A stretch of DNA of 64,000 nt, from contig CAVUWV010000024.1 in assembly GCA_963745075.1 (NCBI GenBank), positions 192,001 to 256,000 of the forward strand. Direction: 5' to 3'. Positions 51,699 through 61,902 of the stretch are shown piece after piece. Below the pieces are notes generated by a model, which saw only the letters and a program-made list of their open reading frames with translations, made no database searches and was not told where the DNA came from. This DNA comes from Candidatus Hydrogenedentota bacterium. Lineage in GTDB: Bacteria > Hydrogenedentota > Hydrogenedentia > Hydrogenedentales > SLHB01. The translations under genes and the position numbers were made by a program. Position 1 is the first letter of the stretch. Each line of letters starts with the position of its first letter.

Positions 51699-53053
51699 AT
51701 GAAGTCTGAGAAAGCATACATACAGACCTTTGGCTGTCAGATGAACGAGCATGACAGTTTCCGGATGATGGAGGTCTTCGGCCGTGAGGGGTTTCAATTC
51801 ACCCAGAACCCGGAGGAGGCGTCGTTGATTCTGCTGAACACGTGTTCGGTGCGGGAGAATCCGGAGAACAAGGTCTACAGTCTGTTGGGGCGGCTGCGGA
51901 AGTTGAAGCAGCGGGACCCGGATCTCATCATCGGCGTGGGCGGGTGCGTGGCGCAGCAGGAGGGCGAGACCATCCTGAAGCGCGAGAAGACGGTCGACAT
52001 GGTCTTTGGTCCGGACAACTTCTTCAAGCTGCCGGAGATGATCGCGTCGGTGCGGCGGGGCGAGCGGGTGTTGATGACGAAGTGGATGTCCCGCCGTGGC
52101 GGGACGGACCGCGTCCAGAATTTTGTGCCCGAGGAATGGGTCGAAGGCGGGCACGTGGAGGGGTGCAAGGCCTACGTGTCCATCACGAAGGGCTGCGACA
52201 ACTTCTGCACGTTCTGCATCGTGCCGTTCACGCGGGGGCGGGAAGTCAGCCGCGAGGCGGACAACATCCTGCGGGAAGTGCGGGACCTCGTCGAGCCGCG
52301 GCGCGAAGGAAATCTGGTTGCTGGGCCAGAACGTGAATTCGTATCGGGCCCACGACGTGGGGTTCTACGAACTGCTGGACCAGGTGTCGCAGGTCGAGGG
52401 GTTGATGCGCGTGCGGTTCACGTCGCCCCATCCCAACGATTGGAACAACCGGTTGTCCGACCTCATGGCCGAACGGCCGACGATCTGCAACCAGTTGCAC
52501 CTGCCGTTCCAGGCGGGGTCCGACCGCATGCTGCCGATGATGAACCGGGGCCATACCATCGACGAGTACCTGGCAGAAAGTGCGGTACATGCGCGCGATC
52601 AACCCGTCCATCGAAATCAGCACGGACCTCATCGTCGGGTTCCCGACGGAGTCGGACGACGATTTTGAGGGGACGCTCCGCGTCGTCGAGGAAGTCGGGT
52701 TCAGCCAGATCTTCCCCTTCAAATACTCGACGCGTCCCAACACGAAGGCCGCGAAGATGGAGGACGACGTCCCCCGCGCGGTGAAGGAAGAACGGCTGGC
52801 GCGGGTCATCGCGTTGCAGGAACGCATCACCCACGAGCGCACGGCGCACTACGTCGGCACCGAGCAGGACGTCCTCATCGACGCCGCCAACCCGCGTCGA
52901 CGCAACGCCATGAACGGCCGGACGGATGGGTTCCGCCCGATCACCGTCTCCGGCGGCGATTTCGAGATCGGCGATATGGTCCGGGTCCGCGTCACCGCCG
53001 CCAACTTGCATTGGTTGGAAGCGGAACCGGTGAGCGTGGCCGCAGGCGTCTGA
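51699..53053 (+). CDS. miaB: tRNA-2-methylthio-N6-dimethylallyladenosine synthase MiaB (frameshifts near 52293 and 52575)
   Basis: TFGCQMNEHDS, NTCSVRE, GCDNFCTFCIVP radical SAM motif, LLGQNVNSY, TDLIVGFP, TRAM domain. Confidence 0.9.
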
Positions 53054-53061
53054 ACCGGACG

Positions 53062-53228
53062 GAAGAACATCCCCCTTGATCCCCCTTCAAAGGGGGAATT
53101 CCGAACACCCAAGTCTGTTGGCATACGTGCGGCCGAGTGACAACGGTAAGGTTCTGGTAGCCGACCACGCAACGCAAAGCGTTGTGTATCATTCCCCCTT
53201 TGAAGGGGGATCAAGGGGGATGTTCTTC
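53062..53228 (+). repeat. ~166-bp palindromic unit, copy 1
   Basis: Perfect 38-bp arms GAAGAACATCCCCCTTGATCCCCCTTCAAAGGGGGAAT (53062-53099) and 53191-53228; 91-nt spacer. Confidence 0.95.
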
Positions 53229-53265
53229 TCGTGTTCTTTGCGTTCTCCTGGTGGCAATTTCTCCC

Positions 53266-53294
53266 TTCACTTCACCGGTTTCGGTCGGTATAAT
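53266..53294 (+). promoter_or_regulatory. sigma70 promoter of folD (leaderless candidate)
   Basis: TTCACT-17 nt-TATAAT, 7 nt before ATG 53302, no SD. Confidence 0.6.
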
Positions 53295-53301
53295 CCCGCC
53301 T

Positions 53302-54150
53302 ATGTCTACACAAGCCAGTATCATGGACGGCAAGACCGTCTCCAAGCAGATCCTCGACAATTGTGCGAACCGGGTGAAATCCATCGTGGAACGGACCGGC
53401 GTGACGCCGTGTCTGGCGACGGTGTTGGTGGGGAGCGACCCGGGCTCGGCGACCTACGTGAAGATGAAGGTCCGGCGGTGCGAAGCCGTGGGCATGAAAT
53501 CGTTGCGGGTCGACATGACGGAGACCACGACGACCGAAGAACTCGTCGCGAAGATCGCGGAGTTGAGCAATGACCCCGCCATCCACGGCATCCTGCTGCA
53601 ACACCCCGTGCCGAGCCAGATCGACGAGCGTGCGGCGTTTGAAGCCATTGTGCCGAGCAAAGACGTAGACGGGGTGACCATCCACAGCTTCGGGACGACG
53701 AGTTTCGATCTGCCCGGCTTCGGGTCCTGCACGCCCGCGGGCATGATGCGGCTGCTCGACCACTACAAGGTGGAGATTAAGGGCAAGCATGCCGTCGTTA
53801 TCGGGCGCAGTCCCATCCTCGGAAAACCCATGGCGATGATGCTCCTTGCGCGGCATGCGACCGTGACCATCTGCCATTCCCGCACGCAGAACCTTCCCGA
53901 TGTATGCCGTCAGGCGGACATCCTCGTCGCGGCGGTCGGCAAGCCGGAGTTCGTCAAGGGCGACTGGGTGAAGGAAGGGGCGATCGTGCTCGATGCCGGG
54001 TACAACGAGGGCAACGTGGGCGACGTCCATTACGAAGGTGCGGCGGCGCGCGCGAGCATGATTACGCCGGTGCCCGGCGGGGTCGGTCCCATGACCATCG
54101 CCACGCTCATCGACCAAACCGCTGACGCCGCAGAACGGCTGATCAAATAG
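53302..54150 (+). CDS. folD: Bifunctional methylenetetrahydrofolate dehydrogenase/cyclohydrolase
   Basis: S.TYV.MK, HGILLQHP, KDVDG, GRSPILGKP, TPVPGGVGPMT. Confidence 0.95.
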   Translation: MSTQASIMDGKTVSKQILDNCANRVKSIVERTGVTPCLATVLVGSDPGSATYVKMKVRRCEAVGMKSLRVDMTETTTTEELVAKIAELSNDPAIHGILLQHPVPSQIDERAAFEAIVPSKDVDGVTIHSFGTTSFDLPGFGSCTPAGMMRLLDHYKVEIKGKHAVVIGRSPILGKPMAMMLLARHATVTICHSRTQNLPDVCRQADILVAAVGKPEFVKGDWVKEGAIVLDAGYNEGNVGDVHYEGAAARASMITPVPGGVGPMTIATLIDQTADAAERLIK

Positions 54151-54151
54151 G

Positions 54152-54316
54152 GAAGAACATCCCCCTTGATCCCCCTTCAAAGGGGGAGTTTTGCTCATGT
54201 CCGTGTGTCGACTTTTACGTCGTACTTTGTCTCGAAGCGGGATCGTTGGCGACCCATAACGCAACGCAACGCGTTGCGGAGAATTCCCCCTTTGAAGGGG
54301 GATCTAGGGGGATGTT
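54152..54316 (+). repeat. ~166-bp palindromic unit, copy 2 (upstream of DUF559 gene)
   Basis: Same arms as copy 1; right arm variant GATCTAGGGGG; begins 1 nt after the folD stop. Confidence 0.95.
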
Positions 54317-54376
54317 ATCTTATCTATCACAGATGGTTAAGCTTGCCTGCCGAACCGAGGGGGGACTTACGAATCA

Positions 54377-54781
54377 GTGTCGAGGCGCAATCGGATAGTG
54401 GCGTACAACGCTAAACTGCGTCCGCTGGCGCGCGCGTTGCGAAAGAATAGTCCGTTGGCGGAAATCGTACTCTGGCGATCATTGAAGGGAAAAGCGCTGG
54501 GATGTGAGTTTCACCGGCAGGTTCCAGTTGATGAGTACATAATCGATTTCTTCTGTCACGAACATTTGATCGCAATTGAGATTGATGGTTCCAGTCATGA
54601 TCCGCTTGGCGGATATGCCCGCGATCAGGCCAAAGACGAACGCTTGCGTACTCTCGGGGTACGTGTATTGCGCTTTCGCGATACGCGAGTACTCAAAAAT
54701 GTCAAAGGTGTCGTTGATGAGATTCGCGGCGTTCTCGACAAAAGTGAAACCGGCGATTCACGACCTGTTGGATTGCAATGA
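54377..54781 (+). CDS. DUF559 / Vsr-like PD-(D/E)xK endonuclease
   Basis: ARALRKN..AE..LW..L, FHRQ, YIIDFFC, IEIDG..H, RD..L..LG.RVLRF. Confidence 0.9.
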   Translation: MSRRNRIVAYNAKLRPLARALRKNSPLAEIVLWRSLKGKALGCEFHRQVPVDEYIIDFFCHEHLIAIEIDGSSHDPLGGYARDQAKDERLRTLGVRVLRFRDTRVLKNVKGVVDEIRGVLDKSETGDSRPVGLQ

Positions 54782-54945
54782 AGAACATCCCCCTTGATCC
54801 CCCTTCAAAGGGGGAATTTGGCTTATCCTCGTTTGAGGTGATTTACGTCTGGATGTGATCCGAGAGTAGGTTGTCGCTGGCCCCTAAGCGCGACGCAAAG
54901 CGTCGCGTACAATTCCCCCTTTGAAGGGGGATCTAGGGGGATGTT
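54780..54945 (+). repeat. ~166-bp palindromic unit, copy 3 (downstream of DUF559 gene)
   Basis: Left arm overlaps the TGA stop at 54779-54781; right arm variant GATCTAGGGGG as in copy 2. Confidence 0.95.
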
Positions 54946-55045
54946 TTCTTAACGCAACTTTGCGCCGGGAAACTCAGATTGCGTGAGCATCCCCGGCCCT
55001 GGGAAGGTGGGATTAAGAGCGAGTCACGTGCGGTAGGAGTTTGGC

Positions 55046-56538
55046 ATGGAAACGGAAGTTCTGATTGCAACGAAGATTGAGGCAGACGGTCCGACGGCGT
55101 TGGTGGTGCCGGTCGCGGAAGACCATACTGGGCCGCTGTTCAGAGCCACTTGGACGAAGCGGACGCCCGTGTCGCCGCGCGGGTACTCGAATCCGGCGTG
55201 TTCAAAGGGAAAGTGGGGGATGTCTATTGCTTCCCCGCCGTGGCGGGTCCGTACGTGTGCGTGGTGTTGGTGGGGCTAGGCAAGGGCGACGTTATCGACG
55301 CAGAGCAACTTCGCCGCGCGGGCGGCAAGGTGGTGGAGTCGCTGGGTCGCCACCGCATCGAGACCTGCGCGGTCGATTTGTCGAAGAACGCGGGCTGGCC
55401 GTGCGAGGCGCTGCTCGAAGGCATCGCTCTCGGACAATACCGTTTCGAGAAGTACAAGAAACCGTCGGAAGACGAACCGCAAATATCTGTCAGCAATTTC
55501 GTGCTGCTGAACGGCGATGACGCGGTCAAGGAGCGGTGTTGCCACGCATTGGCCTTGTGCGAAAACGCGAACTGGGCGCGCGACCTTGCCAACCGGTCAT
55601 CCAACGACCTCACGCCGGGCCAACTGGCCTTCGAGGCGCGCGGTATTGCCGAGCACCACGATTGTTGCAGCTACGATTTCATCGACGAAGGTCGCATGCT
55701 CGAACTCGGTATGAACGCCCTGCTCGGCGTGACGCGCGGGGCGACCGAACCGGCCAAGGTCATCATTCTCAATTACCATTGCTGCCCCGACGCGCCGACC
55801 CTGGCCATCGTGGGGAAGGGCATTACCTTCGATACCGGCGGCGTCAGCATCAAACCGTCGCAGGGTATGGAAGAGATGAAGTTCGACATGTGCGGTGCGG
55901 CGGCGGTGCTTGGCGCGATGCGCACCGTCGTGCAGACCCGCCCGGGGATCAACGTGGTCTGCGTCGCGCCGGCCGCGGAGAACGTGGTCGGGTCCCGCGC
56001 GCAAAAGCCCGGCGATATCGTGCGCGCCTACAACGGCAAGACCATCGAAGTGAACAACACCGATGCCGAAGGACGGCTCATCCTCGCGGACGCGCTGGCC
56101 TACACGGCAGAACAGTATCAGCCCGACAAGATGGTCGATCTGGCGACCCTGACCGGCGCGGCTATCGTCGCCCTGGGCCATTACGCGGCAGGCGTCATGG
56201 CTACGGATGATGCGTTATACGCGTCGTTGCAGGCCGCGGCAGACGCCACTGGCGAACGCATCTGGCGGTTCCCCCTGTGGGACGACTACTCGAAACTGCT
56301 TGAAGGCACCCACGCGGACCTCAGCAATATCGGTCCGCCCAAGGAAGCTGGTACAATAATGGGTGGCTGTTTCCTGAAGGAATTCGTCGGCGACACCCCG
56401 TGGGCGCATATCGACATCGCGGGCACGGCCTGGGGCGGGAAAAACATCCCGTACCTGAACCCGAAACATGCCACCGGCTACGGTGTGCGCATGCTCTCAG
56501 AATGGATACGGCGAGAAGCCGGCATTGTGAACTCTTAG
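55046..56538 (+). CDS. pepA: Leucyl aminopeptidase, M17 family (frameshift near 55140)
   Basis: GKGITFDTGG.SIK, MKFDM.GAA, NTDAEGRL.LAD, ATLTGA, HIDIAG; AGGAG RBS. Confidence 0.9.
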
Positions 56539-56569
56539 GTCGTTCGATAGTCAATCCAAGGATTTGAGG

Positions 56570-56735
56570 GAACATCCCCCTTGATCCCCCTTCAAAGGGG
56601 GAATTCGTCGCAATGCTTTGCGTTGCGGTTCAGAGATGCTGGGTACACGCCTCGTAAGCCAGAGTCATTCGGCAACTACCGAAAACTACGATGAGCCCAA
56701 TTCCCCCTTTCGAAGGGGGATCAAGGGGGATGTTC
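56570..56735 (-). repeat. ~166-bp palindromic unit, copy 4 (inverted spacer polarity)
   Basis: Same arms with one extra C in the right arm; internal hairpin lies next to the left arm. Confidence 0.95.
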
Positions 56736-56821
56736 TGCGGGAAAAAGTGGCTTCGGAAGTGTATCCTTAATCGCGGAGAATTGTATTGCGCATTCAGGCA
56801 TTAGAGCATCCTGGTCAAAAC

Positions 56822-58156
56822 ATGAGTAATTGCATCCCACATAGCGGTCAGCCTCGGCGTGCTTCCGTGCACACGCTTGGCTGCCGGCTGAACCAGTCGG
56901 AGTCGAGCCTCATCGTCGAGCGTCTCGAAGCCGACGGCTATGAAGTCGTGCCTTTCGGCGAGCCGGCGGAACTCGGCATCATCAACACCTGCACCGTGAC
57001 CGGCGAAGCAGATGCCAAGTCGCGGCAACTGGTGCGTTCCTTCATCCGGAAGAATCCCGGCGCGTACACGGCCGTAATTGGTTGCTATTCGCAAATGGGG
57101 TACAAGGCACTCTCGGACATTGAAGGCGTTGACCTCATCGTCGGCAATCAAGAGAAGCTCAACGTGCTGGACTACGTGGCGGCGGGGAAGAACGACACGC
57201 CGCTGGTTGTGCGCGACCGGATCGATCGCGACGATTTTACGATGGAAGTGGTCGGCAATGCGCCGGTAACGCGTCGCGCCAATCTGAAGATCCAAGACGG
57301 CTGCGACTTCATGTGCAGCTTCTGCATCATCCCCTTCGCCCGGGGCCGCGCGCGCAGCCGGGCGATGGATAACCTGCTGGACGACGCCCGACAGTTGCTC
57401 GAACGCGGTGCGAAGGAACTGGTGCTCACCGGCGTAAATGTTGGCACGTATGACTGCGAAGGCATGACCATCGTGGACGTGGTGGATCGCTTGGATGCCA
57501 TGGACGGCGTGGAACGGATTCGGATCAGTTCCATCGAGCCGACGACGATCCCGGAAGCGCTCTTTGAACGGATGTGCGATCCGGATCACGCGCTGGTACC
57601 TTATTTGCACATCCCGTTGCAGTCGGGTTCGAACCGCGTTTTGGAATTGATGAAGCGGCGTTACTCGCGTGAAGCGTTTCTGGCGTTCATCGAGACCGCC
57701 GACGCTGCGGTGCCGGGTCTTTGCATCGGCACGGACGTGTTGGTCGGATCTCCGGGCGAAACAGACGATGATTTCATGGAGACCTTCCGGCTCATCGAGG
57801 AAAGTCCTATCGCCTACGCTCATGTCTTCAAGTACTCCGAGCGGAAAGGCACATCGGCGTCGCGCTACGCGGACAAGGTCGATCCCCAGACCATGAGCCG
57901 ACGCAGTGCGGCCATCCGACGTTTGAGCGATGCGAAGCGCCGCGCGTTTTACGAAGCACATCTGGGGCAAACGGTTGAAGTACTGTTTGAACACCAGGAA
58001 AACGGGTATTGGGCCGGCTACACCGGGAATTACATCCGGGTCGCGGTTCGTTCCAGTGATGGGTTAGTTAACGAAATGCGCGGCGTCGATCTGTCCGAAT
58101 TGAAAGGCGATTTCGCAGTCGGTTCGCTGGTCGAAGCGTCGGCGCTCACACAATAG
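56822..58156 (+). CDS. mtaB: tRNA t6A37 methylthiotransferase MtaB
   Basis: TLGCRLNQSES, NTCTVT..AD.KSR, KIQDGCDFMCSFCIIP, RIRISSIEP. Confidence 0.9.
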   Translation: MSNCIPHSGQPRRASVHTLGCRLNQSESSLIVERLEADGYEVVPFGEPAELGIINTCTVTGEADAKSRQLVRSFIRKNPGAYTAVIGCYSQMGYKALSDIEGVDLIVGNQEKLNVLDYVAAGKNDTPLVVRDRIDRDDFTMEVVGNAPVTRRANLKIQDGCDFMCSFCIIPFARGRARSRAMDNLLDDARQLLERGAKELVLTGVNVGTYDCEGMTIVDVVDRLDAMDGVERIRISSIEPTTIPEALFERMCDPDHALVPYLHIPLQSGSNRVLELMKRRYSREAFLAFIETADAAVPGLCIGTDVLVGSPGETDDDFMETFRLIEESPIAYAHVFKYSERKGTSASRYADKVDPQTMSRRSAAIRRLSDAKRRAFYEAHLGQTVEVLFEHQENGYWAGYTGNYIRVAVRSSDGLVNEMRGVDLSELKGDFAVGSLVEASALTQ

Positions 58157-58162
58157 GAAATC

Positions 58163-58987
58163 ATGGCTACACCTTCCGCCATACTCGAAGAAAGCGCGCT
58201 GGAGAAAGAGGAGCGACTCAAGGATTTGCTCCGCGACTACGGCGCGATCGCCATTGCCTACTCCGGCGGGGTGGATTCGACGTATTTGTCCGACGTAGCC
58301 CATGAGACATTGGGCGCCCATGCTCGCATTATGTTGGGCGATTCCCCCAGCATTCCGCGATCAGAAGTCGCGGAGGCTACGGAACTGGCCCGGGAGAGAG
58401 GCTGGAATTTTGAAGTGCTGTTCACCGACGAATTTGAGAACGACGACTACCTCAAGAACGACGGCACGCGCTGCTACCACTGCCGTACCGAGTTGTTCAC
58501 CAAGATGCGCGCATTCGCGGAGTCTTCAGGGATTCCGAAACTCGCGTATGGCGAAATTACCGATGACTTAGTGGATACAACCCGTCTGGGCGCAAAGGCG
58601 GCGAAGGAGTTCGCTGTGGTGGCGCCGTTGGTCGACGCGAATATGACCAAGGCGGAGATTCGTGTGTTGAGCGAACGGCGTGGCTTGCCCACGGCGGATA
58701 AACCGTCCTTTGCGTGCCTGTCGTCGCGATTCCCGGTGGGAACGCGGGTCACGATTGAAGACTTGCGGAAAGTGGAGAAGGCGGAAGAAGCGTTGAAGAA
58801 GCTGGGCTTCCGTCAATACCGCGCGCGGCATCACGGCGACCTATGCCGCATCGAAGTCGATCCCGACGACTTGCCGCGTCTGCTCGATGGCGAACTTCGC
58901 GACGCGGTTGTGGCGTCGGTTCGCGGCGCCGGATACCGATTCGTCACCATCGATCTTTCCGGCTACCGCACCGGAAGCACTGCGTGA
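58163..58987 (+). CDS. larE: LarE-like ATP-dependent sulfur transferase (PP-loop)
   Basis: AYSGGVDS PP-loop, RCYHC, KPSFACLSSRFP, GYRTGS. Confidence 0.85.
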   Translation: MATPSAILEESALEKEERLKDLLRDYGAIAIAYSGGVDSTYLSDVAHETLGAHARIMLGDSPSIPRSEVAEATELARERGWNFEVLFTDEFENDDYLKNDGTRCYHCRTELFTKMRAFAESSGIPKLAYGEITDDLVDTTRLGAKAAKEFAVVAPLVDANMTKAEIRVLSERRGLPTADKPSFACLSSRFPVGTRVTIEDLRKVEKAEEALKKLGFRQYRARHHGDLCRIEVDPDDLPRLLDGELRDAVVASVRGAGYRFVTIDLSGYRTGSTA

Positions 58988-58996
58988 CGATTTGCG

Positions 58997-60407
58997 CTAC
59001 CCGATCACGATGAGGGTGATCGATTCGTAAAGCGCCGCGAAGAGCAGCAGCAATCCCGGAAGAACGACCGTCCCTACAATCAGGGGCGGAATCTTACGAA
59101 ATCCTTGGGTCCCGTCGTCGGAACGAATCGCCCGCCAAATATAGATGGGGTAGAGGCAGATTCCGAAGGCTGCGATCACGTAGGCTTCCACCTCCAACGA
59201 CAACGTGATCGAGTGGTAGGTGAACCGCGCCAAGAGATTGGTCCACAACGGGGCGAGCGCAAACCCCGCGATGGCGAGGTTCAGCATCGTCTTGACGAGT
59301 CCCCAAAACGGCACGATCAGCGACGGCGCGATGCTGAAGGTCAAGGTCTGAACGACGTAGTTGTTCCAGAAGGTGAAGAACGTTGCGCTGACGATATTTC
59401 CACTGACGTACGCCGCGCCGAGTTGTTTTAGTTCGCCCGTCGTGAAAACCTCGGTGACGTACGTGAGCACTTGCAGGTTGAGCAGCGGCACGGCGAAGGC
59501 CAGGAGCGCCGCTCCCATCAATGCGCCGTAACAGAGTACGTGAACCGTTGCGAATAGTCCTCGGAACTCGTGCATCGGCGCGATGATACCGGCCAACGCA
59601 GGGACGTGCACGAACCGGGCCAGCAACCGTACCTGTAGGACCGCGCCCCCGATTACGACCAGCAGGATTCCCAGCATCCCTCCCCAGGCGATGGGCATCG
59701 TGGTCGGGATTATCGGGGCCATCATCTGCTGGCCTTCTTCATCGAGTTTCGCAACCTCGTCCCTGGACAAGTCGCGGCGTTGCCCTTCCGGATCGAGCCA
59801 GCCCTTCGTCGCGCCTGCCTCTTCCGTAAAGAGCGGCGCTACGGAATCGTCGTAGGGAAGGAGATAGGCGAAAGCCATTCCAGCGGTTCCCCGTTGCAGT
59901 TTTCCGACGACAGTAAACGTCTGCCCGTCGACGGTAAACGTGTCCAGACGGCACAACTGCCCGGCGAGGACTTCGTGCTTACCGGGTTCGGGCGGTCTGC
60001 CGGAAGCCGTGAGCGACTGCCACACTTCCGGTGACAGATCTGGTTGCGAAGATTCGTTCCCGCATCTTGAGGCCCAGCAGCTCGACGGCTTCGCTGCCTT
60101 CGTCGAAACTCTGGAGTTCCTCCGCCAACGGAGACGGCGGGAAGTTCTCGTCGGAAATCTTGCGCGCGTATACGGTGTGCACGCCTTCCCATGGCGGCGC
60201 GCCGGAGAGGGAGATGAGGGCATCGCGCCAGACTTGGCCGGATTGCTGACGGGCCTCCCATAGCGCCATGGTCGAGATAATTAACACGCCGGCCAGCACG
60301 AATGCCGCGGGCCATCGCAACGGCCTGTTTGCCGTTGGACGCGGCGGTGGTGTCGTGGAACTCAACGGTATACTGGTTTCGACGATTTGGAATTCATCGG
60401 TGGACAT
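58997..60407 (-). CDS. Membrane protein with C-terminal SpoIIM/DUF95-like multi-TM domain (frameshift near 60030)
   Basis: Two overlapping ORFs; FWNN..HS..LE and LL.AALYE motifs. Confidence 0.6.
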
Positions 60408-60470
60408 CGAAAACGGGGTACTCCCTGGATTCGAATTGCAGCGTAATGCGGCCGTTTACGACTGACGCCC

Positions 60471-61850
60471 TCAGGACTGGAAGCTCATCGACTTGACGAT
60501 GTGGTGGAGCACGTCATTGAAGAACGGCTCCTGATCGGGGCCCATCCAGGACATCAAGTACATCTCATATCCATGGGTCTCCTTGCGCGGCAGCCCATAG
60601 TATTTCTGGGGCGAAATATAGCCCACATAATCTCCCGCGAAGCTCAACACCCACAAGTCGACACCCTGTTTCGCAGCCCACGCCTTCATTTCGCGGCTGA
60701 TCTCGCCGCTCATGTCGCAGGGGGTCCCGAACAGGAACACGTCCCCCAGGCGAATGCCGGAAATCCAGGCAATATTATCCACACCGGCGAAAGAGAGGAA
60801 GTACGGTGACATGCGCCAATTCGGATTGAGTCGAAATTGTAACGAGGGCGTCTCGAAGTGGAATCCCACGGATGCCACTTCGATGCGATCGGAAAACTCC
60901 GCGCTTTCGGCATCGTTCAAGAGGAGGTCCGCGAGCGTGGTCCCCAAGGTCTCCGCTCTCGTGAAGCCATCCGGCCCGCTTGTCTGCGCGCTCATACTGC
61001 CGACGGCGCCGGCCAGAAACACTGCCATCCCACCGGTCTTGGTTTCGATGGCGCGTTCGAGGTATCCGGGATAGTCCGCGCTGAACTCCATGTTGCTGGA
61101 TCCGACAACCGTTGCATGGGCCGAGTACGACACCACGTGACAGGTCTTACCGTCCTTGTGTTGAAACACGAGATAGCTCAACTCGCTGTCCACCGGGCCG
61201 TCGTGCGCGCGGTTTTTGATGTACTCGGGCGCATCCACGCTGCCTTTTGCAAAGGTCGCGGGCTTGAGGTTCTGGTAGGCTTCGACGATAGCCGTGCCGA
61301 AGGCTTCCCCGATGGACTGGGCGACCGACTCGTCGTAGGTTCCACCGAACATCGATGCGGCGAGCCCCGGACCCCAGGCCCCGGGCCCGGAATGCGTGTG
61401 GGACGCGTTGAACAGGATGTCTTCCGGTGCAAGCCCGACGGCCTTTGAGGCCATCGCCCGTGCAATGTCGGCAACATTATCCGGCACGATGAGCATGTCC
61501 GATCCGACCAACACGGCGGTATCGGCGCCGTCGCTCACGGCAACCGCTTTCGCGTACAGCTCGTCGTGGACACCTGTCGACGGCTTCCCATGGCGATCCC
61601 CGAAGCCGGCCAGGGGCGTCCCAACAGGAGGGGTCATGCGCGCGCTCGCCCAGCCCGCCTGGAGCGTGCCGGGTTCACCGACGGTGGTGTCCTGAAAGCT
61701 CGTATCCGCGGCCTGGATGGCATTCTGATAAAACCCTTCGTCGGTTACTTCGGTTGCGGCATAGGTGGGCCACGGTCCGACGAAAACGAGAAAGAGGACC
61801 ACAAGCAGGGCCAAAACGATCCCTGCGCCGGTGAGGGTTTTCTTAAGCAT
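60471..61850 (-). CDS. Neutral/alkaline non-lysosomal ceramidase N-terminal-domain protein
   Basis: PLAGFG.R..GVHDELYAKA, ASHTHSGPG, HAT, SADYPG. Confidence 0.8.
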   Translation of the reverse strand: MLKKTLTGAGIVLALLVVLFLVFVGPWPTYAATEVTDEGFYQNAIQAADTSFQDTTVGEPGTLQAGWASARMTPPVGTPLAGFGDRHGKPSTGVHDELYAKAVAVSDGADTAVLVGSDMLIVPDNVADIARAMASKAVGLAPEDILFNASHTHSGPGAWGPGLAASMFGGTYDESVAQSIGEAFGTAIVEAYQNLKPATFAKGSVDAPEYIKNRAHDGPVDSELSYLVFQHKDGKTCHVVSYSAHATVVGSSNMEFSADYPGYLERAIETKTGGMAVFLAGAVGSMSAQTSGPDGFTRAETLGTTLADLLLNDAESAEFSDRIEVASVGFHFETPSLQFRLNPNWRMSPYFLSFAGVDNIAWISGIRLGDVFLFGTPCDMSGEISREMKAWAAKQGVDLWVLSFAGDYVGYISPQKYYGLPRKETHGYEMYLMSWMGPDQEPFFNDVLHHIVKSMSFQS

Positions 61851-61902
61851 GGGCGTTACCTTTGCCGGAGCGCGAATCGGATGAATGCGCCCCAAACGTC
61901 TC

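Noticed and set aside
52280..52590. Programmed frameshifting or pseudogenisation of miaB
   Set aside because: No slippery heptamer at either break, and similar indels occur throughout the window.
52849..54414. ORFs beginning MIPLQRG or containing PPLKGDQGG (52849-53214, 53076-53573, 54166-54414, and the 53182 extension of folD)
   Set aside because: They are translations of the palindromic repeat arms or shadows of real genes.
53062..56735. CRISPR array interpretation of the CCCCCTT..AAGGGGG repeats
   Set aside because: Repeats occur as inverted pairs with ~92-nt spacers, separated by whole genes; no cas genes in the window.
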